In this document: positions 22,145 through 32,291 of the stretch, one piece after another
Numbering within the stretch: position 1 is the first letter of the stretch
Layout: every line of letters begins with the position of its first letter
NCBI GenBank assembly: GCA_030167865.1
Contig: JALAGF010003940.1
Coordinates: forward strand, 1 to 64,000
DNA: 64,000 nucleotides
From: Craspedostauros australis
Taxonomy: Eukaryota
Direction: 5' to 3'
Position numbers and translations under genes: made by a program
The notes under the pieces: generated by a model
Told to the model about the DNA's origin: nothing
The model's input: only the letters and a program-made list of their open reading frames with translations
Databases searched by the model: none

Positions 22145-23481
22145 TCACAACTTGCCGGCTCTGTGGTTCTGCAGCAGCTGGATGAACTCACGCTTTTCCA
22201 TGAAACCGATCGCCTTCGATGCCAGTCCAGCTTTTCGAATTGCCGCCTTGAGCTCCTTCACAGACATCTCCGACGGATCCTTGAGCTTGATGGTGCACGT
22301 GTCATCGGGAGGCAGAACCTTCTGGATGAACTTCAAGACGTCGGCTATCTCGGAAGGGCTGACGCTGTGCTGGATTGGATACGCCTTGAGCTCGTAGTTG
22401 GTGAGGCCAGCGTCCTGCAGTCGCTTCTGCGTCTTCTGCGCGTACGAGAACTGCACCATGGGGTCCATCTGACCGTGCCCATGGAAGATGGGAAGATCCT
22501 TGAGCTCCGGCGTCAGCGTGAACTGTCCCGCCGCCGCCAAGTATCCGCTCATGACAACGATGCCGGCCGGCCTTTGCTCGGCGGGTAGCTGCAGTCCCGT
22601 CCACAACGACAAGGCACCGCCCTGCGAGAATCCAGCCAGGAGCATGCGCGCGAATGGCAATCCGGTGGCATCGTGCTCGTCCTTCATTATCTTCGTGATG
22701 CGATCGCGCGATTCCACGATGCCCTTGCAGCTCTCGTTGGCGCGTTCGTCGAGTCCTTTGATGTCGTACCATGCCGGCATGGACATGCCCATGTTCATCG
22801 TCACTGGTTGCGTCGGTGCTGTCGGCAGAATGAATTTGGCGTACGGCATTTGACCGGCGAGTTGCTGTTGGAGATGGAGATAGCGTCAACGTGGCCGTTC
22901 ACTCCAGCGCAATCGACGATGTGGGATGGGAGAAGTATGATAGAGGAGATGGGTAAGTCAACAAGCAAGTACAATATGCAGAATGCAGCATGCAGAACGC
23001 AGTATACATTACTTAGCACAGCTGAGCACAACAGAGCAGAGCAGATAATCCTCGAGTACAGCACCCTATAATGATCGAGACCGACTGTACTCTCGCTCAA
23101 CATGAACCACATGATGTATACTCCCATTTGCACACTCACTTCCGCAACCGGCGCAAAGCCTTCTGCCGAGTCTCCGAGACCATGGCAGATGATGATCAAT
23201 GCCGATTGGCTGGCCTCGTTCTTGGGCGACACCACGATGGTGCCCTTGCCATCACGCTCGGTCGAGTGGGTGGACATGGCTCTCGCAAAGATCGTTGTCG
23301 TGGTGGTTGCTGCGTGTAGCAAGGTGGATACGACCAGGAATGTCTTGAGCGGAACGGCAACCGAACGGTGAAGTCTGCTGCGGACGAATGACTGGGTGCG
23401 GATGGTTGGATTTTTGGATCGGAAGACACACGTTGCCGCTACTGCTTGGGGTTGCAGTTGTCGTCTCGCAAGGTGGAGCAT
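22145..23481 (-). CDS. Acyl-protein thioesterase / lysophospholipase-like alpha/beta hydrolase; exons 23481-23140 and 22864-22145
   Basis: ICHGLGDS, PTAPTQPVTMNMGMSMPAWYDI, nucleophile GFSQGG, HGQMDPMV and IQHSV. Phase-0 intron GAA|gtgagt...ccaacag|CAA. Arg-rich N-terminal extension. Confidence 0.9.
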
Positions 23482-24153
23482 TCGAACTTGTAGCTGCTTG
23501 GGCTTTTGCTTTGCTATGATGTGGTATGGTTTCACTTGGTCTAATTGAATGGATAATCTCCTATGCGTCCAAGTGAATGATACGAGGAATGGCTGAATGG
23601 GTTGTTGGATGGTGTTGAGAATTCCGCTTTGATCGGCTTCGGACTCCTTCTCACTCCTTCCGTCCTTTTCGCCTGTTCTGGCGATCTCGCATCTTGGTTT
23701 CTTTGGCGAAACACGCACCGCTTTGGCGCGTTTTCCCAACCGATCATTTCATTGTACTCAGACCTGAATAAATTGGAATGATGGGGAAACTACTATGAAG
23801 ACGAATCTAGAAAGAAGCTGGGAAAATCGTTCATCTGGCTTCCGAGTAACGTGCGTGGCGAGAACATTGGTGTTGAGCTCATGCGGAGTGGACATGGTGA
23901 TAGTCTTCAACTGTAGAGAATTCTATCATAGATTACATAGTGGTGATGTATTACATAATATTATACAATGTACCGGTTGCCCCTTGCATCCAAGTGTTAT
24001 ACTCTATTTTGTGTTCTCGTTGGCGGAGTTTCTTCTCGTTCCCGTGCCCCAAGTGTTCAAAGATGGACAAGGCTCGTTTGCTTCTTGATATCTTTGTCCC
24101 TTCGATCATCTCGTCTCTCCAGAGTGTCGTAATCCACTCCAGAGTGTTGCGCT

Positions 24154-27100
24154 CTACAACGGCTGATCTTGCAGGTTGAGAAGGTACGTCCCGGTTTCCC
24201 CAGCATTCAATGGATGGATGAAGATGTAGTACGTCTCGCCGCGCAACGAATCCCACCACACCAATCCGCACGGCGTGTCGTTGCCGGCGATGCATTCCAG
24301 GTTGCCACACAGATCGTTGCTGGGCAGTTCGCGGAATACGGTGATTTGAAGGTCCAGCGACGTCAATTCGGAGCAAGTGTCGATGGCGGTGAGACGGTTG
24401 GTACCTTCCATGCGGTACCAGTCGCCCCAGGGCGAGGCGTAGGCCGACCGGCTGCAGGTGCCCTGGAAGGTGTTGAAGTCCAAGGCCATGTCGGTGGGGT
24501 ACGGCAAGATGACGCCGACGTCGTTGGACCCGTCGACGGTCAACGTGCCGGCATCGGCGCAGGCATCCTGGACACGGAACAGGTCGGTCGGTGATACGCT
24601 TGGGGACAGTGTCGGCGCGGACGTCGGTTGTGCCGTGGGTGCTGATGTGGGATTGCTGGTTGGCTTGCTTGTCGGCATTGTTGTGGGTGTGCTCGTTGGT
24701 TTGCCTGTCGGCATCGTCGTGGGTGCGCTCGTTGGCATCGATGTTGGATTGCTCGTTGGACTGCTGGTCGGCACCGACGTCGGGGCTGCAGTGGGACTGG
24801 AAGTTGGAGCGACTGAAGGTTCCGAGGATTGCAATCGAGTGGGAGTCGCCGTGGGCACAGAAGAAGGTGATACGGACGGCGATGCGGAAGGTACAGAGGA
24901 AGGTGACGCAGACGGCGTTGCGGTGGGTGATACGGACGGCGATGCGGAAGGTATGGAGGAAGGTGACATAGACGGCGTTGCGGATGGTACAACGGTCGGC
25001 GAAGTGGAAGGTGCCCCGGATGGTGCATTGGACGGTTGGAAGGTGACAGTTGGTGAGATGGAGCCAAGATGGGATGGTTGCATCGACGGCACAGTGGTGG
25101 GTGGGTACGTACTTGGCTGGGATGACGGCGATAGCGTGGGTGATGCCGTGGGCGCTGTCGACGGCACCGTGGACGGTGTGTCGGACGGTGCCACAGACGG
25201 CAGGGACGTCGGCGAAAACGTCAGGTCGGTCTCGACCGTCAAGACGAAGTTGCCGACTCTCTGTCCGTATCCATGCACGAGAATGCGGTAGACGACATCG
25301 GGTTGCGTTTGCCACATGACGAAGGATGCGGAACCGCAGGCGGATTGGTCGTTGCCAATCACGCACGTGAGGGCGCCCTGGCAATCGCCGGAGAAGACGC
25401 TGATCTGCGTGTCGAAGTTGGTGCGGTTGTCGCACGTGGTGGCGGAAATGGCGGCGCCGTTGCCCACGACCTGGTACCACACTCCGGGTGCTTCGCTGTA
25501 GGTGGCGTCACCGCAGGTTCCGCCGAAGGCATCGGTATCGTTTGGCGCGGTGACTGGTGGGATCTTGCGGATGCTGCCCTCGACTGTGACCGAGGTGGAC
25601 GTGCTGAAATCCAGCATGGATGCGTTCTGGCAGAATTCGCGCGGGTTGTAAAGGTACTGCCCTGGCGGCACGTCATCGGCAATGATGAGACCAAATTCAA
25701 ATTCATCCGCCAAGCGTGCCGTTGTCACATTAGCGTCCGCTTGTAACGTGCGAGAACTCTGCTGCTGCCCACGAATGTGACGAAGATCGCCACTGATGCC
25801 ATTGTCAGCGTTGATTGGCACGGGGGACTCGAGCAATCGCCGGGACGTGGTGGACGTGGCATCGTCGTCCTCCTGCGGACCATGGATGATGGCGCTGTAC
25901 GACTGATTCGTCATGCTCTGAAAACTGATGATACGTCCCTTGCCTGTGGGACACAACTCTTCCTCGAAGGCCACACATTGCAAGACACTGGTTGCATCGC
26001 CATCATCGCCGCCGCACTTGCTGGTGCTGTTGTTGATTGCAGTGTTGATGGTGACGACGGAAATGCGAGCATCGTACTTGGTGGTGTCGCTGCACGTGGA
26101 GAGGGTGATGCGGTTGCCCGTTCCCGTGAGGTCGTACCACAGACCGGGCAATGGGTTCTGCGTGTCCAACTCGCCGCTGGGCAGACAGGACAGTTTTGGG
26201 ATTGTGGAATTGGATCCATCATTCGCCGCGCGCAACGCCTCCTCCATTTCGTAGGACGAGCCGATGGCCTCATTCGAGGAGGACTCCTGCTCCTTGGCCT
26301 TGTCGCACGAGAAGTGATCCTGCGGCACGGGGTGCATCTTGATGTTGAAGACGCCGCGCTGTTCACGATATCCGTGAATGTAAATGTAATAGAGCTTGTC
26401 GACGACGGACGTGAAGGTGACCTGGCTCTGATCGTCGCAGAACTGGTCGTTGGATGCACGGCAATCGAGCTCTTCGCAGGCATTGTTGGTGATGGAGGTC
26501 TGGAACAGGGTGAGCTGCGAGTCGAACGTGGTGGATGGCTCCGACGGCGGCGCGTCGGGGTCGTTGCACGTGGAGATGGTCCACACGCGGTTGTCCCCGC
26601 TGAATCTGTACCACATGCCGAGCCCGTTGCTGACGATCTCGGGCCCGCACACGGCCGTGTCCTCCGAGACCGTTGCCAGAGCAGCCAGGGTGGTGCCGAT
26701 GACTTTGATGGGATCGTCTTGCGTGACTGCGGCGCTGGTGGTGATGGGTGTGGAAGGATCAGTGTCGATGGGAATGGCGTTGGGACAATCGACGTTGGTG
26801 TCTGTGGCGTTGAATGACTCTGTCGGCGACGTGGAGGGCATGTCAGTGGGTGCGCTGGTGGGCACCGAGTTGGTGTCGCCGATCGATCTGCTGGTGCTGG
26901 GACCGTCATCGTCATCATTGCCGAGCAGGAAGACGAGGGAGACGACGATGCCGACAATGATGAAGATGACGATGCAGAGCAGGATGAGGACCCATCGACG
27001 TCGCCTCCTTCGCACTTTGCGGTCGGCCATCTCGCGCTCGAAGGTGACATCGTACTCCTGCGCCTTGATGGTGTTGTTCTGCGCCTGCTGCTGCACCGCC

Positions 27101-27621
27101 TGCTCTGCTTCCTCCTTGATGTGCTCCACCTCCCACAGAGCCAGCTGGTGTTCCTGCGTCCCGTTGGTGAGCATGTTGCCGTTGCTGGGGCCGTTCCCGC
27201 TGCCGCTGTTTCGCAACACCACGGGCTTGGCCTCCGCCAACCCGGTCTGCGAGGCCGGCAGGAACATGGTGCCCTCGCCCGGCGCTTTGGGCACTATGGC
27301 CGATTGATTGCGCGCAGCAGCGTCATACTCACGATCACCATCGTGCTCGCTGCGGCTGGTGGCATCGAAGCGCTGGATCTGCCTCTCTTCGCCATTCTCT
27401 ATGCGATTGCCGTACTGATCCTCGTCGACCACCTGCATGCGCTGTTCCTCCTGCTCGAGATACGGGCTGTAGTTCTCCGACGCGATCTGAGGCCGCTGCC
27501 TCGTGCGTCCGTCCTGCACGTGGAAGGCTCCGGGCACGACGTCGCCCGTGAAGGCCACGCGGGCGCTGGCTGGTGCCAACCGCAGATGGTCCTTCTTGTG
27601 CAATGCCTTTTGTCGCGACAT
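24154..27621 (-). CDS. Type II membrane protein with four Cys-containing PPC-like beta-sandwich repeats and a PS/PT stalk
   Basis: 1155-aa ORF. RRRRRRW followed by a hydrophobic TM near the N-terminus. Four copies of C..A..I...G.WY...G......TC.....D..(I/L).(V/L)F...C..L.C...ND..C. RRLL and RTLQ motifs. Long PSxxPT tract at about 24590-25220. Confidence 0.85.
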   Translation of the reverse strand: MSRQKALHKKDHLRLAPASARVAFTGDVVPGAFHVQDGRTRQRPQIASENYSPYLEQEEQRMQVVDEDQYGNRIENGEERQIQRFDATSRSEHDGDREYDAAARNQSAIVPKAPGEGTMFLPASQTGLAEAKPVVLRNSGSGNGPSNGNMLTNGTQEHQLALWEVEHIKEEAEQAVQQQAQNNTIKAQEYDVTFEREMADRKVRRRRRRWVLILLCIVIFIIVGIVVSLVFLLGNDDDDGPSTSRSIGDTNSVPTSAPTDMPSTSPTESFNATDTNVDCPNAIPIDTDPSTPITTSAAVTQDDPIKVIGTTLAALATVSEDTAVCGPEIVSNGLGMWYRFSGDNRVWTISTCNDPDAPPSEPSTTFDSQLTLFQTSITNNACEELDCRASNDQFCDDQSQVTFTSVVDKLYYIYIHGYREQRGVFNIKMHPVPQDHFSCDKAKEQESSSNEAIGSSYEMEEALRAANDGSNSTIPKLSCLPSGELDTQNPLPGLWYDLTGTGNRITLSTCSDTTKYDARISVVTINTAINNSTSKCGGDDGDATSVLQCVAFEEELCPTGKGRIISFQSMTNQSYSAIIHGPQEDDDATSTTSRRLLESPVPINADNGISGDLRHIRGQQQSSRTLQADANVTTARLADEFEFGLIIADDVPPGQYLYNPREFCQNASMLDFSTSTSVTVEGSIRKIPPVTAPNDTDAFGGTCGDATYSEAPGVWYQVVGNGAAISATTCDNRTNFDTQISVFSGDCQGALTCVIGNDQSACGSASFVMWQTQPDVVYRILVHGYGQRVGNFVLTVETDLTFSPTSLPSVAPSDTPSTVPSTAPTASPTLSPSSQPSTYPPTTVPSMQPSHLGSISPTVTFQPSNAPSGAPSTSPTVVPSATPSMSPSSIPSASPSVSPTATPSASPSSVPSASPSVSPSSVPTATPTRLQSSEPSVAPTSSPTAAPTSVPTSSPTSNPTSMPTSAPTTMPTGKPTSTPTTMPTSKPTSNPTSAPTAQPTSAPTLSPSVSPTDLFRVQDACADAGTLTVDGSNDVGVILPYPTDMALDFNTFQGTCSRSAYASPWGDWYRMEGTNRLTAIDTCSELTSLDLQITVFRELPSNDLCGNLECIAGNDTPCGLVWWDSLRGETYYIFIHPLNAGETGTYLLNLQDQPL

Positions 27622-29285
27622 GTTGTGTTCCTTCTCTTGTCTTCACGTATCGCACTATAATACTATTCTATGGAATAGTACAATGGTATAATATGATAGT
27701 GTCTTGGTACTGATTGCTGTGGCGTCGCCCTGAGTATTGGTATTGTATGGCAGAGTAGAGCACGGCAGAATGATGGCAGAGGTGCTGTCGATAATTGTGG
27801 TCCTTGTGTAAGTATGAGTATGAGTATGGATCGCTGTTGCTGTTGTGGTTGCTATGTTGCGGTATGGCTGATGAGGAGATGGTGATGAAGAAGCAGACCA
27901 AACGAGTGAGTGCTTGGTTCGTCTGCGCACTTTTTATGACACCTCTCTGCTTTGGAGCCGTTGGCGTCTTTGCGACTCCTCCTGTTCTTGGTCGGTTGGT
28001 TGATTGATGACTGGTTGACAAGTTGTTGCCTTGTGTTGTGTGGCCGACTGGCTCTTCTTGTTCGTCCACCGAACGGAAAGAATCAATCGTGTGTGGCAAT
28101 GCTCTTCCGCTGATGCACACAGGGGGGCCTCTCTCGACGTGGTGGAGGTGCCGCAGCAGACGGAAGGTGAAGATAGAGTATGCACGAGAGAAACCCAGAC
28201 TCGATTCCTTCACTTTGACTCTTGATCCGAATGCTTGGCGCCGTGGTATCTATCTGCAGTTCCTGCCTTGTTGTTTGGCAATTGGGGCGAAGCAAGATGA
28301 TGATGATGATGGAGACGGGAGTGAGAGCTGTTGAGCTTCCGCTCGTTCAGAGTCCGACAGATCGTTCTCTTTTTCTTCCCACCAACGCTTTGTCCACAAC
28401 TTCGACAACTCGTGTGCGTTGCAAACCCATGTGGCGCATGTCCGTCCAGAAAATTGGCCACCAGCGATCGTTGCACGCAAGCGCGCCGGCCGGTCCGGCG
28501 ACAATTGCCAGTCACGAATATTCATTCGTGAGAGCGGAGAACTTTCTCCTCGGAGTATCAGTCACTTCTCTTGTTCTTTCGTTTCATGAACTCGAAATGG
28601 CGGTGTTTCTTGCCTGATGCCGTTTTGCAAAATCCCAAATCCAACGCGTTCGAGCAGAAGGGAGGTGATTCACTCTTTGAATCCGAAGAAGCTTCCGAGT
28701 TCCTGTGTCACATGTTGCTTCACGATCGGACTGGTGGGAACTCCAGCCATCACATGTTCGCAAGGCAATCACCTGCAGATGTCGTCCCAGTGATGCCATT
28801 GCGGATCAAGATCAACGGATCTTTTGTCTCCTTGTTGGCTGGCTGCATCTGCTCGTGATCTCTCTCGATCATCGCACATCCCATTCCACTCGACGTGAGC
28901 AACCATCTCTTGCCGACTGTTCCGACACTCACCCAATCTCGACCAAGGCTTTCACGACAACATTCACAGTGGTTCGTGCGATACCGCTATACTCGTGTAA
29001 CATTATATAATAATGATGTGTTTGTGTTGATTGTTACGTATAGTATGCGTGGGAATATATACAAAGTGAACCGCCGTCATGCCTCGCATGCGGCAACGAT
29101 CCCCATTCCAATGCACCTACATTATCCGTGTGTGCATGTCCACGTCCATGTGCGCATTGTGTTGTGTACCATATTGTGTATTGTGCATGTGTGTTGAGCA
29201 TATAATACCTCGCTGCTCGTACATATAATAGTCGCAGAGACAATGCTTCCCCATCCATTCCAGAGACTGACTTCTCTCTCTCTCT

Positions 29286-32200
29286 CTAGAATTCCGGCAC
29301 CTCATCCGGACCAGCGTTGAAGCACGAGATGGTGGGCTCAAGGACCTCCTTGGACCAGACCGTCACACCCGTCGTGTCGCTCACGGCATGATCCCGCGCA
29401 GTCGCTGCGTCCGTGTTGAGCACCAGAATGCGATCCCCCATCACGATGCTTTGCCCGATCAGCTTGGACAGCTGCTGGCGGAAGTGCGTTGTGGCGATGC
29501 GGGCGATGTGGGCCTTCTTGATGTCCCGCACGCGCCCCTTCGAGCTCGTGCCCCACGACTTCAGATCCTCCAGCAGCTCCTTCGTCTCCTCGATGTCCTT
29601 GCGGATGTCGCCGGTGCGGAACACGCTCGTGTCAAACCTGTTGTTGGCATTCTCGGGGTCGAAGCCTGCGACGGTGCCGCGCGACGTCACGGCGCCGAGG
29701 CGGGACACCATCTCGTTGACGTCCTTGTTGCGCAGGTCGCTGTAGTTCTTGACCTGAACGATGTCGAGGCGGTACAGGTTGTGCTCCGGGTCCTTCACCA
29801 GGACGAACAAATCCGGTCCCTCCGACAGGGGCACGCCCTGCCGGATGACGATGGAATTCACATGCTGGCGACGCTCGTTACGCATCAGCTCGGCGATGTT
29901 GGTGAGGTCGGCCTTGTGCTCTGGCGTGGCCAGATTGAGGCTGTGCTTCAGCGTGTAGTTGGTGCACTTGAGCGCCCACGGTGCGGACAGGACGTACTCC
30001 TTCGCCGGGGTGCGGTCGTCGGCAATCTCGAGCATGCGTCGCATTTGGCACGCCACGATGTTGTTGAAGACGGTGCCCTCCGTGGGGAAGTGGCTGATAC
30101 CGCGGCATGCCAGCATCTTCATGGCGGCCGAGGCTTCGATAGGGTCCTTCGTGTTGATGCCGGCCTTGAAGATGGTGCTGTTCGTGCTGTCTTGTCCCTT
30201 GTACGCGTTGTTCAGAAGCGGGCTGGTGGTGATGTCCATCTTCGTGGCTTCGATCATCTTGTGGAGGGAATGGTGGAAGAAGTGATGGAAGGACTCGTCG
30301 AGCAACCTTGACGGCTGATCGGCCTGGATCGTACCCAATCCGCTGATGCGGGCGAAGCGACGGACAACGTAGTCCATCAGCAGGCTGCTGTCGAATGTCT
30401 TGACCAGACGCATGGCGTACCCGTCCTCCTCGTAATTCGAGTTCGGCCTGCTGTAGCTGGTCGGGGCTGCGAAGTTGTTGCCCAACGTGCTGGTGGCACC
30501 ACCTCCGAAGCCGCTGTAGGTGTCGTTGCTGCCTGCGAAGGAGTTCCTGGTGACCTTGACGACATCGAGCTTGAGGGGCGTGCCCTCCGATTCTGGGACC
30601 GGTCTGAGCATGTCGCTGTTGGCAATCTTGTGAATGCCGAGCGACGCCATCCGGGCGTTTTGGGACAGCGCCGCCGAATAGAGGCCTTGAGCAAGGAGGC
30701 CGGAGTATCGGATGTTGTCCAAGCGAACCTGCTCCGTCTTCATGATAGTCGTCTTGGATGGATCCGTGTTGAGGAAGTCGACATCGTCCGGCATCTTCAT
30801 GTGATCCAACGCGCTGCCGACGAAGACGAAGCCGCAGTTCTTGGCCATCTTGCGTTGCTGCACGAGCTCGAATTTGAGGTCGCGGTGGATGTCGACCAAC
30901 GCCCGTGCAGCGTCCATGTTGCGGTTGGCGTCGTCGATGATGACGATGAGGTCCTTGGGCAGCATGACGTCGTTGTCCTCGAGCCAGGCTTCGGCGGGAC
31001 CGGACAGAGCCTCGCGGATCTGGTCGAAGAAGACCGTCTTGGCCCAGTCGTTGCGACCGGTGAAGCTGTCCGTCTTGATCTTGCGCACGACCTTCATGAT
31101 GTTCTCGATGCCAGGCTGCGTCAAGATGTCGTTGGTGTCGACGTACTGGAAGACCTCGAGGCACAATTCCCTGCACAGGGCATCCTCCTCGGACATTTCG
31201 AATTTGGGCGCGGGACCATCTGGGAGCTTGATGTAGAGCTTGGGCACATCCGGCAGGAGCTTCTTCGTGGCGTAGACCGTCTTGCCGCTGCCGCTCTCGC
31301 CGGTAAGCAGCACCGCGCTGGACTTGTCGGGCTTTTCCATCATCTTGCTGACACCATCGCGTGCAGCAAAGACGGTGACCATCTCGGGATCGTACGGCAA
31401 TCCATCCTTGAGGATGGTGGTGGCATTCTTGAGGATGCGCTCGAGCTTCGTCTCCACCATGCGAACGGGATCATGGATGACGCCCGGGAGGTTGTCCTGG
31501 AACATGGCCTTCCATACGTCCATGTTGGCGACGCCCTTTGCGATTTCGTTGATGGAGACGGCCCATCGATTGTCATGATGCTGGATGACGATCTCGGTGA
31601 CATCGTGCTCCAGCATGACGTGCTTGATGTCACGCAAGCAGATTGGCTTGGACGACTTCGTGTTCGGCAGGCAAACGGTGTGGGGTTTGTCCTGGATTCC
31701 CTTGTAGTGAAAGAAGAAGAAGACGTTGCCCCAGGCGTTGTCGTTGATGAGATTTTGGACGGTGTAATCCAGGAGGTACATGATGTCGGACTCGATGCCG
31801 CCGCCTTTGGGAGGTCTGGGCTGCGCCGCCGAAAATGGGGAACGGCCGGTCCTGACCTGCTGACGCCCCGGTCGACGTCCGAAGGGCATGAGCTCGGCTT
31901 CGACCTCGTCAGAAGCGGTGCGTTCTGGCGCTTTGGCGGTGGCCCACGTCTCGATGGTCTTCTTCGTCTTGAGGTAGCTCTGCAGGAAGGTGCGCTTCTG
32001 CACATCGCCCCAGCCGTACGCCTCGAAGACCTTGGTGAAGAAGGCGATCTCGTTCTCTTCGAACGGTGGCTTTTCCTGCTGCTGCTGAGGGTTGCGGTTG
32101 GGCTGTCCTGGGTGTCCTTGGCCCATGCCCCCGCCGACGCCTCTGGGAGCGGTGGCCCGGGATGCCGCGATGGATGATGGAGAGGTGTGGGCGTTGTGGG

Positions 32201-32291
32201 CGGCGCGTCCCATCTTAGTCAGAGCAGGCGTGACAAACCCATTTGTCATCACCAAACTCGCAGCGACGATGGCCGCAGAGAACAACTTCAT
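29286..32291 (-). CDS. P-loop NTPase + intact-looking PD-(D/E)xK nuclease (Crinkler/RHS-type-like) with predicted signal/plastid presequence, 1001 aa
   Basis: First ATG at 32291 gives MKLFSAAIVAASLVMTNG|FVTP. Walker A LLTGESGSGKT, Walker B LIVIIDDA, FVFVGSAL, SQNARMA. Nuclease-like EGPDLFVL...IVQVKNY. Strong C-ending codon bias. Confidence 0.88.
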   Translation of the reverse strand: MKLFSAAIVAASLVMTNGFVTPALTKMGRAAHNAHTSPSSIAASRATAPRGVGGGMGQGHPGQPNRNPQQQQEKPPFEENEIAFFTKVFEAYGWGDVQKRTFLQSYLKTKKTIETWATAKAPERTASDEVEAELMPFGRRPGRQQVRTGRSPFSAAQPRPPKGGGIESDIMYLLDYTVQNLINDNAWGNVFFFFHYKGIQDKPHTVCLPNTKSSKPICLRDIKHVMLEHDVTEIVIQHHDNRWAVSINEIAKGVANMDVWKAMFQDNLPGVIHDPVRMVETKLERILKNATTILKDGLPYDPEMVTVFAARDGVSKMMEKPDKSSAVLLTGESGSGKTVYATKKLLPDVPKLYIKLPDGPAPKFEMSEEDALCRELCLEVFQYVDTNDILTQPGIENIMKVVRKIKTDSFTGRNDWAKTVFFDQIREALSGPAEAWLEDNDVMLPKDLIVIIDDANRNMDAARALVDIHRDLKFELVQQRKMAKNCGFVFVGSALDHMKMPDDVDFLNTDPSKTTIMKTEQVRLDNIRYSGLLAQGLYSAALSQNARMASLGIHKIANSDMLRPVPESEGTPLKLDVVKVTRNSFAGSNDTYSGFGGGATSTLGNNFAAPTSYSRPNSNYEEDGYAMRLVKTFDSSLLMDYVVRRFARISGLGTIQADQPSRLLDESFHHFFHHSLHKMIEATKMDITTSPLLNNAYKGQDSTNSTIFKAGINTKDPIEASAAMKMLACRGISHFPTEGTVFNNIVACQMRRMLEIADDRTPAKEYVLSAPWALKCTNYTLKHSLNLATPEHKADLTNIAELMRNERRQHVNSIVIRQGVPLSEGPDLFVLVKDPEHNLYRLDIVQVKNYSDLRNKDVNEMVSRLGAVTSRGTVAGFDPENANNRFDTSVFRTGDIRKDIEETKELLEDLKSWGTSSKGRVRDIKKAHIARIATTHFRQQLSKLIGQSIVMGDRILVLNTDAATARDHAVSDTTGVTVWSKEVLEPTISCFNAGPDEVPEF

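Noticed and set aside
23951-27307. Several 270-510-aa overlapping ORFs
   Set aside because: Alternative-frame or antisense products of the PS/PT repeats and GC-rich codons of the 24154-27621 gene.
30630-32177. 515-aa plus-strand ORF, and the 432-aa alternative frame at 29878-31176
   Set aside because: Shadow ORFs caused by the strong codon bias of the 29286-32291 gene; no motifs.
1-32291. NTPase-REase genes as intact autonomous transposons or a prokaryotic contaminant
   Set aside because: No terminal repeats, TSDs, RT or DDE motifs were seen, and the genes are interleaved with intron-containing diatom-type genes.
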